Shown: positions 47,062 through 57,538, numbered from the stretch's first letter. The stretch is DNA of 64,000 nt from Spirochaetia bacterium (GCA_963668315.1 OY764216.1:2432001-2496000), one strand, 5' to 3'. A program made the numbers and translations. Notes: generated from the sequence alone by a model not told the origin.

Positions 47062-47909
47062 TATTCCGCCTCCTTTACGGCCTCGTCGAAGGAGCCGGTT
47101 CTGAACTCCAGGGTTCCCCCTACCGGACAGACCCCGTCATCGCTGGTACACTGATAACAGCTGATGCACTGATGGTTTCTGACCGTGCCCGATTGTGATA
47201 CGGGAATATTCATGGGACAGGCCTTGTCGCACTTTTTACAGTTTATACAGGTGGAGCCGTTCCGTTTGAGAGGAATGACTCTGAAGAGATTGAAGAGGCC
47301 CAGAACGGCTCCGTAGGGGCAGGCGTATTTGCAGAAGGGCCTCTCCACAAAGAGGGAGAGCAGAATGACGGCACCCAGGGAGATGAATCCCGTTACGGCG
47401 ACTTCTCCCGTCCAGAACTGGAAAAGGGCGTAGTAGGGATCTACATCGGAGAAGACCAGCTGGCCGGACCGGGCGGTCATGAAAATAACCCAGATAAGCA
47501 GGAAATAACGGAGAAAACGCAGATATTTATCTACAGAATAGGGAAGGAAACGGTTATATTTCTTGGGAAATATCTTCTTCCCGATTTTTCCTGTCAGCTC
47601 CTGGAAGGTGCCGAAGGGGCAGATCCATCCGCAGAAAAGCGGTCCGAGAAGAAGAGCCGAAGCAAAGACAATATACATAAGGACAAGGCTTGACTCGTGA
47701 ATCTTCTTGACAAATGTTCCCGCCGCCGCAAGCTGGTAAAGGGTGACGACTCCCCCGAAAGGACAGATCGAATGGAGGGACGCTTCCCCTATGACGGGAA
47801 TGCCCTTACCCGCTTCCGCGAGGGTATGGTTGACGGCAATCAGGGCTATGAACAGAAAAAAAACGATCTGAATCACCCGTCTCAGTTTTTTCCCCTTTCT
47901 TTCTCTCAT
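47061..47909 (-). CDS. NapH/NosR-like membrane 4Fe-4S protein
   Basis: Four TM; CGWICPFG and CKYACPYG; CINCKKCDKACP and CISCYQC...CP. Confidence 0.9.
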   Translation of the reverse strand: MRERKGKKLRRVIQIVFFLFIALIAVNHTLAEAGKGIPVIGEASLHSICPFGGVVTLYQLAAAGTFVKKIHESSLVLMYIVFASALLLGPLFCGWICPFGTFQELTGKIGKKIFPKKYNRFLPYSVDKYLRFLRYFLLIWVIFMTARSGQLVFSDVDPYYALFQFWTGEVAVTGFISLGAVILLSLFVERPFCKYACPYGAVLGLFNLFRVIPLKRNGSTCINCKKCDKACPMNIPVSQSGTVRNHQCISCYQCTSDDGVCPVGGTLEFRTGSFDEAVKEAE

Positions 47910-48102
47910 AAAAACTCCTTAATGATGAACGGTATGTATTTAGTATAGGCTATTCCGAATCTATAAACAAAATATGAAGGAAATAAGTTTATATTGGTGA
48001 ATTAAGCGGTCTTTTATACTTCTCCCGGTGGTTTTCCCTGAAAAAAGTTGTGCAAAAAGGGGGTTAGGGGTATACTATTCTTTAATCCGGGATCATTATT
48101 GA

Positions 48103-49731
48103 ATGAAAAAATCTGTCATATTAAAAAAGAATATCCTTTCCATAACAGTCGTCTTTCCTCTGGTCGCCTGTTTGCTTTTCACAATCCTTGTAACCTTTGA
48201 AGTCATAAGGGTCCGCCGTTTCATGGTCCATGTCGCCCTTTCCCTTCCCGTTCTGCTGGACGATGATTTTCAGGACCGCGCCACCGGACCGGACAGCATC
48301 ACCTATGAAGAGGAGCTGAGAAACCGCAGGCTTTTCAACGGGATCAGGGATCAATTCAATCTGAACTGGGTCTACACACTGGTAGAGGAGGGGGGACGGT
48401 TCTACTTTACCTCTCCCACCGTAACCGAAGAGGAAGCGGCGGAAAGGGACAGGTGGTACTACTTTCCCTATGAGGACATTCCCGATCATTTTCTCCGGGC
48501 ATTCAAGGAGAACCGAAAGACCTTCGCCTTTTACAGAGATACCTGGGGATGCTCCTTTTCCCTTATTCTGCCCCTCGCCAGTCCGGCGGGCCGTCCCTAT
48601 CTGTCCTGTGTCGACGTAACTCCGGGGCAGCTGTTCCAGCATGCCTTTTTTAATAAGATTGTGGAGTTCCTGCTTTTTATCGTCTTCTCTGTCATTGTGG
48701 AGAGCTATGTGATTCTTTTGAAAAAAAGAAACGGGGAGCTGGCTGTCACAAGACATGAGGCTTCCAGCCACAGGCGGGAGCTAGAAAGGGTTCTTTACGA
48801 GAGAACCCAGGAAAGCAAAATCAAGGCCGAAAAGTACGCCCGCCTGAATATGCGTCTTGTCGCGGCACTGGAGGCGAGCAATCTCACCCTGGTTTTATTG
48901 AATCTGGAGGATCTGACGATTATTCAGGAGACGAACTTCACCTTCGAGGGGGAGTCGCCCGAACGGATCGATCAGCCTGTCAAGCTGGAGGACTTCTTCC
49001 TTGAGTTCATCCATCCCAACGGTCATCATCTCATTAAAGACGCTCTCAATGAGTTCCAGAACGAAGAGATTAATGAGAAAACCCTTGAACTGCGTCTTTT
49101 CCATGAAGGGCGATGGCTCTGGTTCCGCTTCTACTGCCGCCGCAATACGGCTGATTCCCGGGAGCTTCTGATCCTCGGGCAGATGATTCATCAGGAGAAG
49201 GTGAAAAGCGAGGAGTTGTATAGAAAGGCCAACTATGACGCCCTGACCCGCATGGTCAACCGTCATTACTGCTACTCCTACCTGGACGATGCCCTGGAGC
49301 AGAAGCGCAAACGGGATTTTCCCATGACCGTGGCCTTTGTCGATGCCGATTCTCTGAAGCAGGTGAATGATATTCTGGGTCATAAACAGGGCGATATGTA
49401 TCTTCTGGATATTGTGGATATTATTAAAAAAGGGATCAGAGAAGATGATATTCTGGGGCGCATCGGGGGAGATGAATTTCTTCTCATATGCCCCCAGACA
49501 TCCCTGGATGATTTTATGTTTATGGCGGACAGAATCGAAAGTGAGATCGGCCGGTTCAATGCGGCGTCGGCCCGGGCCTATAAGATCTCCTTCAGTATGG
49601 GGTATCTGGAAGTGGGGGGGACAGACGACATGACCGTCGATGAGCTTCTTGAAGAAGCCGACACCCGCATGTATGAAGTCAAGGCAGAGAAGAAAAGGCG
49701 GGGAGAGGGAATTTCCGTCCTTCCCTCCTGA
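48103..49731 (+). CDS. Membrane diguanylate cyclase (periplasmic sensor, PAS-like, GGDEF)
   Basis: Two TM; YDALTRMVNR; LKQVNDILGH; I-site REDD; GGDEF. Confidence 0.9.
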   Translation: MKKSVILKKNILSITVVFPLVACLLFTILVTFEVIRVRRFMVHVALSLPVLLDDDFQDRATGPDSITYEEELRNRRLFNGIRDQFNLNWVYTLVEEGGRFYFTSPTVTEEEAAERDRWYYFPYEDIPDHFLRAFKENRKTFAFYRDTWGCSFSLILPLASPAGRPYLSCVDVTPGQLFQHAFFNKIVEFLLFIVFSVIVESYVILLKKRNGELAVTRHEASSHRRELERVLYERTQESKIKAEKYARLNMRLVAALEASNLTLVLLNLEDLTIIQETNFTFEGESPERIDQPVKLEDFFLEFIHPNGHHLIKDALNEFQNEEINEKTLELRLFHEGRWLWFRFYCRRNTADSRELLILGQMIHQEKVKSEELYRKANYDALTRMVNRHYCYSYLDDALEQKRKRDFPMTVAFVDADSLKQVNDILGHKQGDMYLLDIVDIIKKGIREDDILGRIGGDEFLLICPQTSLDDFMFMADRIESEIGRFNAASARAYKISFSMGYLEVGGTDDMTVDELLEEADTRMYEVKAEKKRRGEGISVLPS

Positions 49732-49867
49732 TCGGATCCTGTCCCTCTGAAAAACCGTTAATCCCCAAAAAAATGATTATTTACAACGGCCCCATGTGGT
49801 GGAATAATGAATGAATCGCCCTTCCCTTCACCAAGAGGGGAAGGGCCGTTTATAGAGAGGGGTTTAT

Positions 49868-51913
49868 ATGAAAAAGAAAAGGGTGTATCCCAAATGCGCT
49901 TCCATGCTTCACGGCGGGGATTACAATCCCGACCAGTGGATTGACAGGTATCCCGAAGTTATCGATGAGGATATGAGGCTGATGAAGCTGGCCGGCTGCA
50001 ACGAAATGAGCGTGGGGATTTTCGCCTGGGCCAAACTGGAGCCGGAAGAGGGGAAATTCGATTTTGCCTGGCTGGACGAAGTTATGGATAAGATCGCCGC
50101 CAGCGGGGGATATGTCATCCTGGCCACGCCCACCGGAGCCCGGCCCAACTGGATGGCCCGGAAATATCCCGAAGTTCTCAGAGTCAATGAATTCGGCGTA
50201 CGCGACGAGTTCGGCGGGAGGCATAATCACTGCTTCTCCTCTCCGGTTTACCGGGAGAAAACCGCCATCATAAACCGCAAGCTGGCCGAGCGTTATAAAG
50301 ATCATCCGGCGCTGATCATGTGGCACCTTTCCAACGAATACAGCGGGAACTGCCACTGCGACCTCTGCAAAGGGGCCTTCCGTGAGTGGCTGAAAAAGAG
50401 ATACGGTACCCTGGATGAGCTGAATCACGCCTGGTGGAACTCCTTCTGGAGCCATACCGTTACCGACTGGGAGCAGATCAATCCCCCCTCCCGGAGGGGA
50501 GAAGTGGGAGTTCACGGTCTGAACCTGGACTGGATGCGCTTTACCACGGACCGCACCATCGACTTTATCGAAACGGAGAAGGAGCCCCTGAGGGCGGTAA
50601 CCCCGGATATTCCCATCACAACCAACATGATGGGAACCTTTGACGGGCTGAATTATCCGAAAATCGCCAAAGTGCTGGATCTGGTCTCCTGGGACAATTA
50701 TCCCTGGTGGAAGGGAGACGACCGGGACGGGGATCTGGCTCCGGCCATCGCCTTTGTCCATGACCAGAACCGGTCCATGCTCAAGCAGCCCTTTCTGCTG
50801 ATGGAGAGCGTGCCCAGCAAGACCAACTGGCAGCCCTATCCCAAGCTCAAGCGGCCGGGCATGCATATGCTCTCCTCCCTCCAGGCCGTGGCCCACGGTT
50901 CCGACTCGGTTCAGTACTTTCAGTGGAGGAAGAGCCGCGGTTCCAGCGAGAAATTCCACGGGGCCGTGGTGGACCATGAAGGATCGGAGAATACCCGGGA
51001 ATTTAAGGACGTGGCCGAACTGGGGGCGGTCCTGAAGCAGCTCGACTCCCTGGTGGGAACCCTGACCGAGCCGAAGGTCGCGATTATTTACGACTGGGAG
51101 AACAAGTGGATTATCAACGATTTCCACGGTCCCGCCAATCAGGCCAAGAAGTACACCGAAACGGTCATCGCCCACTACACACCCTTCTGGGAACGGGGTA
51201 TTTCCGTGGATATCATAGCCCGTGACGAGGATCTCTCCGGCTACGATATGGTCGTGGCCCCCATGCTTCATCTGGTCACGGAGGAGATGGGCGATAAAAT
51301 CACCCGTTTTGTCGAGGAGGGGGGCACATTCGTCACCACCTATCTGGCCGGCTGTGTAGGGGACACGGACCTGTGTCATCTGGGGGGATTTCCCGGCCCC
51401 TTGAGGAAAGTGCTGGGGATCTGGGCCGAGGAGACCGATACCCTCTACCCGGAAGATACAAACCGCCTCGTATCCAGGGATTTCCTGAAAGGCGGGGAGT
51501 ATGAGATTCGGGAACTGTGCGATCTGATTCACTGTGAGACGGCCGAGTCTCTCGGTGAGTACGGGGACGATTTTTACGCAGGCCGCCCGGCCCTGACGGT
51601 CAACCGCCTCGGGAAGGGAAAGGCCTACTACATCGCCGCCCGGACGGGAGGGGATTTCCTGGATGCTTTCTACGGAAAAATCAGTTCCGGCCTGCCGGTG
51701 AATTTCAAGGCCGATCTCCCTAAGGGAGTGACCGCCCAGTACCGCACGGACGGCGAGAAGGATTACGTTTTTCTGATGAACTTCCTGAACAGGGATATCC
51801 TTGTATCCGATGTGAATGAGCCCGGTCTTGCCGATTTCTTTACGGGAGAGGCTCCGGGAAAGCAGGTGAAGCTGGCTCCCTACGGCTGGCGGCTGTATAC
51901 GAGAAAGGTATAG
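49868..51913 (+). CDS. GH42 beta-galactosidase
   Basis: HGGDYNPDQW, IFAWAKLEPEEG, WHLSNEY, CHCDLC, PFLLMES, YFQWRKSRGSSEKFHGAV. Confidence 0.95.
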   Translation: MKKKRVYPKCASMLHGGDYNPDQWIDRYPEVIDEDMRLMKLAGCNEMSVGIFAWAKLEPEEGKFDFAWLDEVMDKIAASGGYVILATPTGARPNWMARKYPEVLRVNEFGVRDEFGGRHNHCFSSPVYREKTAIINRKLAERYKDHPALIMWHLSNEYSGNCHCDLCKGAFREWLKKRYGTLDELNHAWWNSFWSHTVTDWEQINPPSRRGEVGVHGLNLDWMRFTTDRTIDFIETEKEPLRAVTPDIPITTNMMGTFDGLNYPKIAKVLDLVSWDNYPWWKGDDRDGDLAPAIAFVHDQNRSMLKQPFLLMESVPSKTNWQPYPKLKRPGMHMLSSLQAVAHGSDSVQYFQWRKSRGSSEKFHGAVVDHEGSENTREFKDVAELGAVLKQLDSLVGTLTEPKVAIIYDWENKWIINDFHGPANQAKKYTETVIAHYTPFWERGISVDIIARDEDLSGYDMVVAPMLHLVTEEMGDKITRFVEEGGTFVTTYLAGCVGDTDLCHLGGFPGPLRKVLGIWAEETDTLYPEDTNRLVSRDFLKGGEYEIRELCDLIHCETAESLGEYGDDFYAGRPALTVNRLGKGKAYYIAARTGGDFLDAFYGKISSGLPVNFKADLPKGVTAQYRTDGEKDYVFLMNFLNRDILVSDVNEPGLADFFTGEAPGKQVKLAPYGWRLYTRKV

Positions 51914-51929
51914 TTCCCTTCTCCGCACC

Positions 51930-52070
51930 GTTGCAATCCATCACGCTAAGCCCGCGATTTCGCCGATAAGGCAAGCGCTAAGGATTGCAGCAGCCCGAAG
52001 GGGTCTATGCGAAAAGCATAGACGGAACCTGCGGAAAGCCTGACCCCCGGCTTTGCCGGGGGGAGCGCCC
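51930..52070. repeat. Multi-hairpin intergenic element (REP-like or structured RNA)
   Basis: Stems 51930-51939/51982-51991, 52003-52010/52016-52023 and 52044-52051/52055-52062. Confidence 0.5.
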
Positions 52071-52103
52071 AAAATAGAAGTTGCCCTATCATTAAGGAAA
52101 CAT

Positions 52104-52152
52104 TTGACAAGGAACGTTTCCCGGTTTATTATGATGAATGTAAACGCTTACA
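52104..52152 (+). promoter_or_regulatory. Sigma70 promoter with a LacI/GalR-type operator
   Basis: TTGACA (52104), 17 bp, TATTAT (52127); operator TGTAAACGCTTACA (52139-52152). Confidence 0.82.
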
Positions 52153-52182
52153 AAAATATTACATTTGATATGGGAAAACGGA

Positions 52183-53217
52183 ATGGGAATACGAATTGAG
52201 GATGTGGCCCGTGAGGCCGGAGTCTCCACGGCTACGGTTTCCCGGGTTATCAATAATCATCCGGTGAGGGAAAAGACAAAGGAAAAAGTCATCGCCGCCA
52301 TGGGTAAACTCAAGTGGGAACCCAATCTCCTGGCCCGGGGACTGAATACGGGGCGGGGCAAAACCGTAGGCGTTGTCGTTCCCTCCCTGACCAATCCCTA
52401 TTTTTCCGAGATCGTGGAGAGTATTGAGACCAGCCTGACCGGAGTGGGCTATCTGGGCATTTTGATGAGCACCGGTGCCGATCGGTCCGACGCCCGGGAG
52501 CGCGAAGTGGTGGAGACTCTGGCCCGGAGGGGCGTGGACGGCATCATCGTGGTGGACGGAACCGATGAGAACAACCATAACGGTTTTTTCTCTGCCCTGG
52601 CCGGCCGGCTTCCCCTGGTGGTGATAAACGGGTCTCCCTCCCTGGACGGCGTAGACCTTGTCATGACCGACCAGGCCAGCGGCATGGTGAAGGTGCTTGA
52701 TTACCTCTACAGCCTGGGGCACAGAAGAATCGCCTTCTTCCGGGCCGACAGGGAAGCCAGCGCCGATGTCAAGATGGATGCCTACCTTGCCTGGCTGGAA
52801 GAGAGGGGGCTGACCGGTGATCCGGGGCTTATCGTCCGCTTTGCCGGAGTGAACCGCTCCCGTATTCTGGTCGAGATGGAGGAGTCGGTCTATTCCTGGA
52901 TCTCCCGTCTGGAGGAGAAGCCTTCGGCCCTTTTCGCCTGCAATGAGCTCATGGCCCTGGGCGCTTTGCGGGGACTGGAGAAAGCCGGCTTCGATGTGCC
53001 CGGTGATATCTCCCTGGTGGGCCACGACAATACGCCCTACGCCTCCCTGGTCAAGCCCGCCCTGACCACGGTGGAGATGAAGATGTCCGAGCTGGGAGGC
53101 GCCGCCGCCCGCAGGATCATCGACAGGATAGAGGGGAGGGGAACCGATCCGCAGAGGATTCTCTTCTCTCCCGAATTGATTATCAGAAACAGTACGGCCC
53201 CTGTTGCCGGTATTTAG
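52183..53217 (+). CDS. LacI-family regulator (GalR-like)
   Basis: [48 protein letters not shown]. Confidence 0.93.
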   Translation: MGIRIEDVAREAGVSTATVSRVINNHPVREKTKEKVIAAMGKLKWEPNLLARGLNTGRGKTVGVVVPSLTNPYFSEIVESIETSLTGVGYLGILMSTGADRSDAREREVVETLARRGVDGIIVVDGTDENNHNGFFSALAGRLPLVVINGSPSLDGVDLVMTDQASGMVKVLDYLYSLGHRRIAFFRADREASADVKMDAYLAWLEERGLTGDPGLIVRFAGVNRSRILVEMEESVYSWISRLEEKPSALFACNELMALGALRGLEKAGFDVPGDISLVGHDNTPYASLVKPALTTVEMKMSELGGAAARRIIDRIEGRGTDPQRILFSPELIIRNSTAPVAGI

Positions 53218-53263
53218 AAATAGATTGAACGTGCCGGCAGGAAGCCGGCGGAAGGAGTATGCC

Positions 53264-54307
53264 ATGTATTTGCAGGAAGATCCCCACAGAAGGTACAATC
53301 CGCTCACAGGAGAGTGGGTGAAAGTGTCCCCTCACAGAACAAAGCGTCCCTGGCAGGGGCAGGTGGAAGACGGAGCGGTGGAAGAGCGGCCCTCCTACGA
53401 TCCCAAATGCTATCTTTGCCCGGGTAACGAAAGGGCGGGGGGAATCAAGACGGATGATTACAAGGGAACCTATGTTTTCGACAACGATTTCGCCGCTCTG
53501 CTCTCCGATACGAGCCAGAATGAGTTCACCGACGCCCCCTTTATCAAGGCGAAGACCGAAAGGGGAATCTGCCGGGTGATCTGCTTCTCGCCCCGCCACG
53601 ACCTGACCATCTCCCTGATGGAGAAGAAGGACGTTGCCGGCGTGGTAAAAACCTGGCAGGAGCAGTTCCGTGATCTGGCCAAAAGGGACTTTATCAACCA
53701 TATCCAGATTTTCGAGAACCGCGGCGCCGTCATGGGCTGCTCCAATCCCCATCCCCACGGCCAGATCTGGGCCGAGGAACTTATTCCCGATTTGCCCCGG
53801 AAGGAACTTGACCATCAGGAAGCCTATTACAAAGAGCACGGTTCCCCCCTTCTGGAGGATTACCTGAACTACGAGCTCAAAACCGGGGAAAGACTGATTT
53901 TTTCCAATAAATCCTTCGTCGCCCTCGTCCCCTTCTGGGCGGTCTGGCCCTATGAGGTCATGATTCTCCCCCGTAAGCACCACGGCGACATCACCACCCT
54001 TTCCGAAGAGGAAACCGCCGATCTGGCCGATGCTCTGGTCCGTATGGGAACCCGTTATGACAACCTGTTCAAGACGAGTTTTCCCTACTCCATGGGCCTC
54101 CATCAGAAACCCACCGACGGCCAGGCCTGGGCCGGAAGCCGATTTCATATTCACTACTTCCCGCCCCTGCTCCGTTCGGCCACGGTGAAGAAGTTCATGG
54201 TGGGATACGAGATGCTGGGCATGCCCCAGAGGGATATCACCGCCGAAATGGCCGCGGCCAAGCTGCGGGAGTGTTCGGAAATCCATTTCATGAAGGAGAA
54301 AAACTGA
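53264..54307 (+). CDS. galT: Galactose-1-phosphate uridylyltransferase
   Basis: [46 protein letters not shown]. Confidence 0.96.
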   Translation: MYLQEDPHRRYNPLTGEWVKVSPHRTKRPWQGQVEDGAVEERPSYDPKCYLCPGNERAGGIKTDDYKGTYVFDNDFAALLSDTSQNEFTDAPFIKAKTERGICRVICFSPRHDLTISLMEKKDVAGVVKTWQEQFRDLAKRDFINHIQIFENRGAVMGCSNPHPHGQIWAEELIPDLPRKELDHQEAYYKEHGSPLLEDYLNYELKTGERLIFSNKSFVALVPFWAVWPYEVMILPRKHHGDITTLSEEETADLADALVRMGTRYDNLFKTSFPYSMGLHQKPTDGQAWAGSRFHIHYFPPLLRSATVKKFMVGYEMLGMPQRDITAEMAAAKLRECSEIHFMKEKN

Positions 54308-55581
54308 TGACTTGCGCCGATATAAAAAACGGACTGGACCGGGGAGATTACGACGAGACTCTGGCGGAAATCTATGGAAAGGCAGAGATAGCCCCCCAGA
54401 AGGAACGGTATAAGAAACTGCTGACCACCCACGAGGAGAACTACGGCGGCGACAACATCATGGTTTTCAGTACGTCGGGAAGAACCGAGCTGGCCGGTAA
54501 CCATACGGACCATAATCACGGTCGCGTTCTGGCCGCGAGCATTCAGCTGGACACGATCGCCGTGGTAACCCCCACCGACGACAGCAATATCGAGGTCCTT
54601 TCCGAGGGCTATCCTCCCGCTTCCGTGGATATCACTCACCTGATTCCCGTGGTGGAAGAGGAGAATACGGCCCACGCCATCCTCAGGGGGATCGCCGCCA
54701 TCATGACCGAGAAGGGGTATGCACTCAAGGGCTTCCGGGCCAGCACGACCAGCTCCGTTCTCAAAGGATCGGGCCTCTCCTCCTCCGCCGCCCTGGAGGT
54801 CCTGGTGGGAACGATCCTGAACGAGCTCTACTGCGGCGGGGACTTCAGCACCACCGAGATCGCCCAGAACGGTCAGTATGCCGAGAACGTTTTCTTCAAC
54901 AAACCCTGCGGGCTGATGGACCAGGTGGCCTGCGCCAACGGGGGCATCGTCATGATCGATTTCAAGGATCCCAAAAAGCCGGTGATCGAACCGGTCTCCT
55001 ATAACTTCCGGGAGAAGGGCTATACCCTTATGGTCGTCGATACGGGGGGAAACCATGCCGATCTGACACCGGAATACGCCGCCGTTCCCGCCGAAATGAA
55101 GGGGGCCGCCCAGGTGATGGGGGTAGAGGTCTGCCGGGAAAAGACAGAGGTCGACCTGCTGGCCGCCTTCGCCAAGATCCGCGGGGAGCAGGGAGACCGT
55201 GCGCTTCTACGGGGAATCCATTTCATGAGGGAGAACGAGCGGGTCAGCGCCATGGAAAAAGCCCTGCAGAGGGATGACTTTCCCGCCTATCTGAAAGGGG
55301 TGAACGATTCGGGTAACTCTTCCTATAAATACCTGCAGAACGTGTATGCCGCCAGCCATCCGGAAGAGCAGGGTCTCTCCCTGGCCCTGGCCCTTACCGA
55401 AGGTTTTCTGGACGGGGAGGGGGCCTGCCGTGTACACGGGGGCGGTTTCGCCGGCACCATTCAGGTCTATGTTCCCAACGAAAGGGGGGAAGACTATAAA
55501 GCCTTTATGGAGAGCTTCTTCGGAGAAGGGGCTGTCACGGTACTGAAAATCCGTCAGAGACCTACCTCCCGGATCATTTAA
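54307..55581 (+). CDS. galK: Galactokinase
   Basis: GRTELAGNHTDHN; GSGLSSSAALE; CGLMDQ; RVHGGGFAG; ATG overlaps the galT stop. Confidence 0.93.
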   Translation: MTCADIKNGLDRGDYDETLAEIYGKAEIAPQKERYKKLLTTHEENYGGDNIMVFSTSGRTELAGNHTDHNHGRVLAASIQLDTIAVVTPTDDSNIEVLSEGYPPASVDITHLIPVVEEENTAHAILRGIAAIMTEKGYALKGFRASTTSSVLKGSGLSSSAALEVLVGTILNELYCGGDFSTTEIAQNGQYAENVFFNKPCGLMDQVACANGGIVMIDFKDPKKPVIEPVSYNFREKGYTLMVVDTGGNHADLTPEYAAVPAEMKGAAQVMGVEVCREKTEVDLLAAFAKIRGEQGDRALLRGIHFMRENERVSAMEKALQRDDFPAYLKGVNDSGNSSYKYLQNVYAASHPEEQGLSLALALTEGFLDGEGACRVHGGGFAGTIQVYVPNERGEDYKAFMESFFGEGAVTVLKIRQRPTSRII

Positions 55582-55630
55582 TTCTTAGGGTCTCTTCCCG
55601 CAGGTCATACTGCGGGAAGCCCTATTCCTC

Positions 55631-56377
55631 TTGTCAGCCTTGGACGAACTGCTTCCCATATCCCTGATTATACTTATCGCCTCCCTTATTCAAAGTACAG
55701 CCGGATTCGGTTTCGCCTTGCTGGCGGTTCCTCTGCTCACTCTTTTTATGCCCATGACGGATGTGGTTCCGGTCATCGTTATGCTAAGTACGGTCACGAA
55801 CGTCTTTGTGGCGTGGGAGCAGAGGAAGTCCCTGAAAATCCGTGAAATCCTTCCCCTCCTGATAGCCGGTACAGCCGGTATTCCCCTGGGAGTCTGGGGA
55901 CTGAAAAATTTTGATCAGGAGCTTCTGAAAACCCTTGTGGGATTCATCATTTTCAGTACATCGGCCGCCCTGTTCTTTGACTGGAAAATCTCTTTCCGCA
56001 GAAAGGGTCTCTCCCTTATCACTGCCGGACTCTTAAGCGGTGTGCTGGGAGGAAGCCTTTCCATGAGCGGCCCTCCCATCATCCTTTTTCTGACAAACGA
56101 GTCATACGATAAAAACAGCTTCAGGGCAAACCTGACTTTTTACGGAATCATCACCAATATTTTTGCCCTTGCGGCTTTCGCGATGGGGGGGATTCTGACA
56201 TCGGCCGCCGGCCAAACGGCCCTTATGGGATGTCTTCCCCTTTTCATCGGTACGGCAGGCGGGATCGGGCTCTCACGGAAACTGGGGGAAGTCTCCTTTA
56301 AAAGAGGCATCCTAGTCCTGCTGGCTCTCATGGGAGTGATCACAGCCGTTAAGGGAATCGGGGGATTAGGGAGATAG
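55631..56377 (+). CDS. TauE/SafE-family membrane exporter
   Basis: QSTAGFGFALLAVPLL; SGVLGGSLSMSGPP; FRANL; about 8 TM. Confidence 0.82.
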   Translation: MSALDELLPISLIILIASLIQSTAGFGFALLAVPLLTLFMPMTDVVPVIVMLSTVTNVFVAWEQRKSLKIREILPLLIAGTAGIPLGVWGLKNFDQELLKTLVGFIIFSTSAALFFDWKISFRRKGLSLITAGLLSGVLGGSLSMSGPPIILFLTNESYDKNSFRANLTFYGIITNIFALAAFAMGGILTSAAGQTALMGCLPLFIGTAGGIGLSRKLGEVSFKRGILVLLALMGVITAVKGIGGLGR

Positions 56378-56515
56378 ATAAATCCTACCTGTCTGTATGT
56401 ATGGTTCATTGCATACATATATGTATAAAAAAGGGGACGAAGCAGAGCGGATAATCCCCTTCAGGGAGACGGGAAGGTTCTTTCCGGTTGGCGCGGTTTT
56501 TGCATATTTACCGGT

Positions 56516-57538
56516 ATGACCGATTACGCTGCCACCCTGCAAACACGTCCCGCGGCTATCCTGTGCGTCAGAGGGACTCTCGTTCTCTTAATTCTGGCGT
56601 TCCTCGCCCTGTTGCTGGGGCGCTATCCCATCGGTCTGTCTCAGATAAGGGATATTCTTCTGGGACAGGCGGACAGTCCCGCCCCGTCCATCATACTGCT
56701 GAATGTGCGGCTTCCCCGCGTCCTGTCGGCTCTTTTTATCGGGGCGTCCCTGTCGGGAGCGGGTGTACTGTTTCAGACCGTATTTAAAAATCCCATGGTT
56801 TCCCCTTCGGTCATGGGCGCCTCATCGGGGGCCGCCTTCGGCGCTGCCCTGGCCATTCTCCTGGGGCTTTCTCCCTGGATGGTGCAGGCCGGATCTTTTC
56901 TCATGGGACTGCTGGCCGTCATGGCGGCCGTGGGCGTGGCAACCTTTTCCACACGCCGCTCCCGGATTCTTATGCTGGTCCTTTCCGGCATGCTGGTGAG
57001 CACTTTTTTCACGGCCCTGATCTCCCTGGTCAAATTTACCGCCGATCCCCTGAACACCCTGCCGGCTATAACGTACTGGCTTATGGGGTCCCTGGCCGGA
57101 GGTGATCTGAAGGGAACACTCTTTACGGGTGTCGTGGTTATCATCTGCGCCGTGAGCCTTTACGGGCTCCGATGGAGAATTACCGCCCTCTCCCTGGATG
57201 AGGAGGAACTGGTGACCATGGGCATTAACCCGGTGCCCTGCCGTTATGCCGTTCTCATCGGGGCTTCTCTCATGACATCCGCTGCGGTGGCCCAGAGCGG
57301 CGTCATCGGCTGGGTCGGTCTGGTCGTTCCCCATCTGGCAAGGCTTCTGTGGCCTAACGAGAGGTTCGGCGAACTTTTCATCCGCTCCCTTCTGGGCGGC
57401 GCGGCTTATCTGCTGATCATCGACACGGCGGTTCGAACCTTAACGCCCCTGGAGTTTCCCTTGGGAATCATGACGGCCCTGATAGGAGCTCCCTTTTTCG
57501 CCTTTGTCATTCTCAGGAAAAAAGGAGGCGCCCAATGA
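56516..57538 (+). CDS. FecCD/BtuC-type ABC permease
   Basis: NVRLPRVL, FKNPMVSPSVMGASSGAAFG, WLMGSL, GVIGWVGLVVPHLAR. Confidence 0.92.
   Translation: MTDYAATLQTRPAAILCVRGTLVLLILAFLALLLGRYPIGLSQIRDILLGQADSPAPSIILLNVRLPRVLSALFIGASLSGAGVLFQTVFKNPMVSPSVMGASSGAAFGAALAILLGLSPWMVQAGSFLMGLLAVMAAVGVATFSTRRSRILMLVLSGMLVSTFFTALISLVKFTADPLNTLPAITYWLMGSLAGGDLKGTLFTGVVVIICAVSLYGLRWRITALSLDEEELVTMGINPVPCRYAVLIGASLMTSAAVAQSGVIGWVGLVVPHLARLLWPNERFGELFIRSLLGGAAYLLIIDTAVRTLTPLEFPLGIMTALIGAPFFAFVILRKKGGAQ

Noticed and set aside
49850..51928. 692-aa antisense ORF over the GH42 (likewise 1164-2579, 7186-8538, 23264-24730, 26587-28374, 34836-36374, 43739-45118)
   Set aside because: Shadow frames of GC3-biased genes; no motifs, and the opposite strand carries clear family signatures.
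52031..52045. GCGGAAAGCCTGAC resembling a 16S rRNA stretch
   Set aside because: Match too short; the flanks are not rRNA-like.
56428..56515. Possible cobalamin, Moco or NiCo riboswitch before the ABC importer (contains GGGAAGG)
   Set aside because: The region is short and the conserved cores are not recognisable.
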